From Chiloscyllium plagiosum (Eukaryota): 64,000 bases of DNA. A model generated the notes under the pieces. It was given only the letters and a program-made list of their open reading frames with translations, did not search any database and had not been told where the DNA came from. Below are positions 63,326-64,000 of the stretch, one piece after another (the first letter of the stretch is position 1; every line of letters begins with the position of its first letter). Position numbers and translations under genes: made by a program. Location: positions 2,944,306 through 3,008,305 of the forward strand of contig NC_057718.1 of the NCBI RefSeq assembly GCF_004010195.1, read 5' to 3'.

Positions 63326-63639
63326 ACGCTAGCTCAAAAAGAGTTTTGACAATTTGCCTGAGATAGGGGTTGCCTTTTCTGAGTACCAGCTGCAAACTGA
63401 GGCCAGGAAACAGAAAAGGGGAAGCAACTTTTGCTGCACAGAGTGGAATCTCATTGTTCCCAAACTCATAGGAATGTTCTGATGAAGAAGGAAGCCATTG
63501 GGCCCATTGTTTCAGCACTGGCTCTCTCAGCACTTTGACGTAGTGTCAATTGTTTGCCTTTTCCCCTTCACCCTGAACATTATTTTGGTTTGAACAACCA
63601 TCCAATACTGATGGATGTTAAATACCTCAATTGGAGCTT

Positions 63640-64000
63640 AAGACCACAAGACATAGAAAGAGAATTAGACCATTTAGCCCATCATGCCTGTTTCACCATT
63701 CAATGAGATCATGGCTGTTCTGATAGTCCCCATCTCTACTTTCATGCCTTTTTCCCATATCCCTGGATTCCATTACTGATTGAAAATATGTCTCTCTCAA
63801 CTTAAATATATTTCATGACCCAGCCTTTGACAGCCCTCTGTAGTAAAATATTCCTCAGATTCACTTCCTCTGAGAGATGAAATTCCTCCTCATCTCCATC
63901 TTATATCGGAGACCCATTCCTATGAGCTTTTGCCCTCTGGTCCCAGACACTCCCACAAAGGGAAACAACCTCCTCTCCATATTCACCCGGTCAAGGCCCA
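63640..64000 (-). mobile_element. CR1 3' end
   Basis: Homologous to 503-850. Confidence 0.75.

Overview
Repeat-rich vertebrate DNA, almost certainly from a cartilaginous fish (shark), judged by HE1/V-SINEs, shark-type CR1 LINEs and abundant Penelope-like elements. It has two assembly gaps (23689-23856, 43370-43548). Most of the window is decayed transposon sequence: CR1, a Rex/Babar LINE end, three Penelope (GIY-YIG) families carrying minimal hammerhead ribozymes, a Gypsy-group LTR element with no integrase after RNase H, and SINEs. Between the repeats is a cluster of non-rearranging V-J-type immunoglobulin-superfamily receptor genes. One apparently intact 7-exon minus-strand gene (54866 to 33707) was assembled by hand from canonical, phase-compatible GT-AG junctions. 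It encodes 313 aa: leader, a single V domain with a germline J-like YGAGTQLNV motif, an uncharged TM, and a long Tyr-motif tail. The cluster also holds a frameshifted paralogous V exon, a second V fragment, two paralogous leader exons inside an inverted segmental duplication, and a duplicated orphan terminal-exon/polyA block. Two short locally templated insertions copy receptor exon sequence into nearby transposons. Several TSD-flanked fold-back mini-Penelope insertions carry hammerhead motifs, most as back-to-back pairs. The gene model is read from sequence only and needs transcript confirmation.
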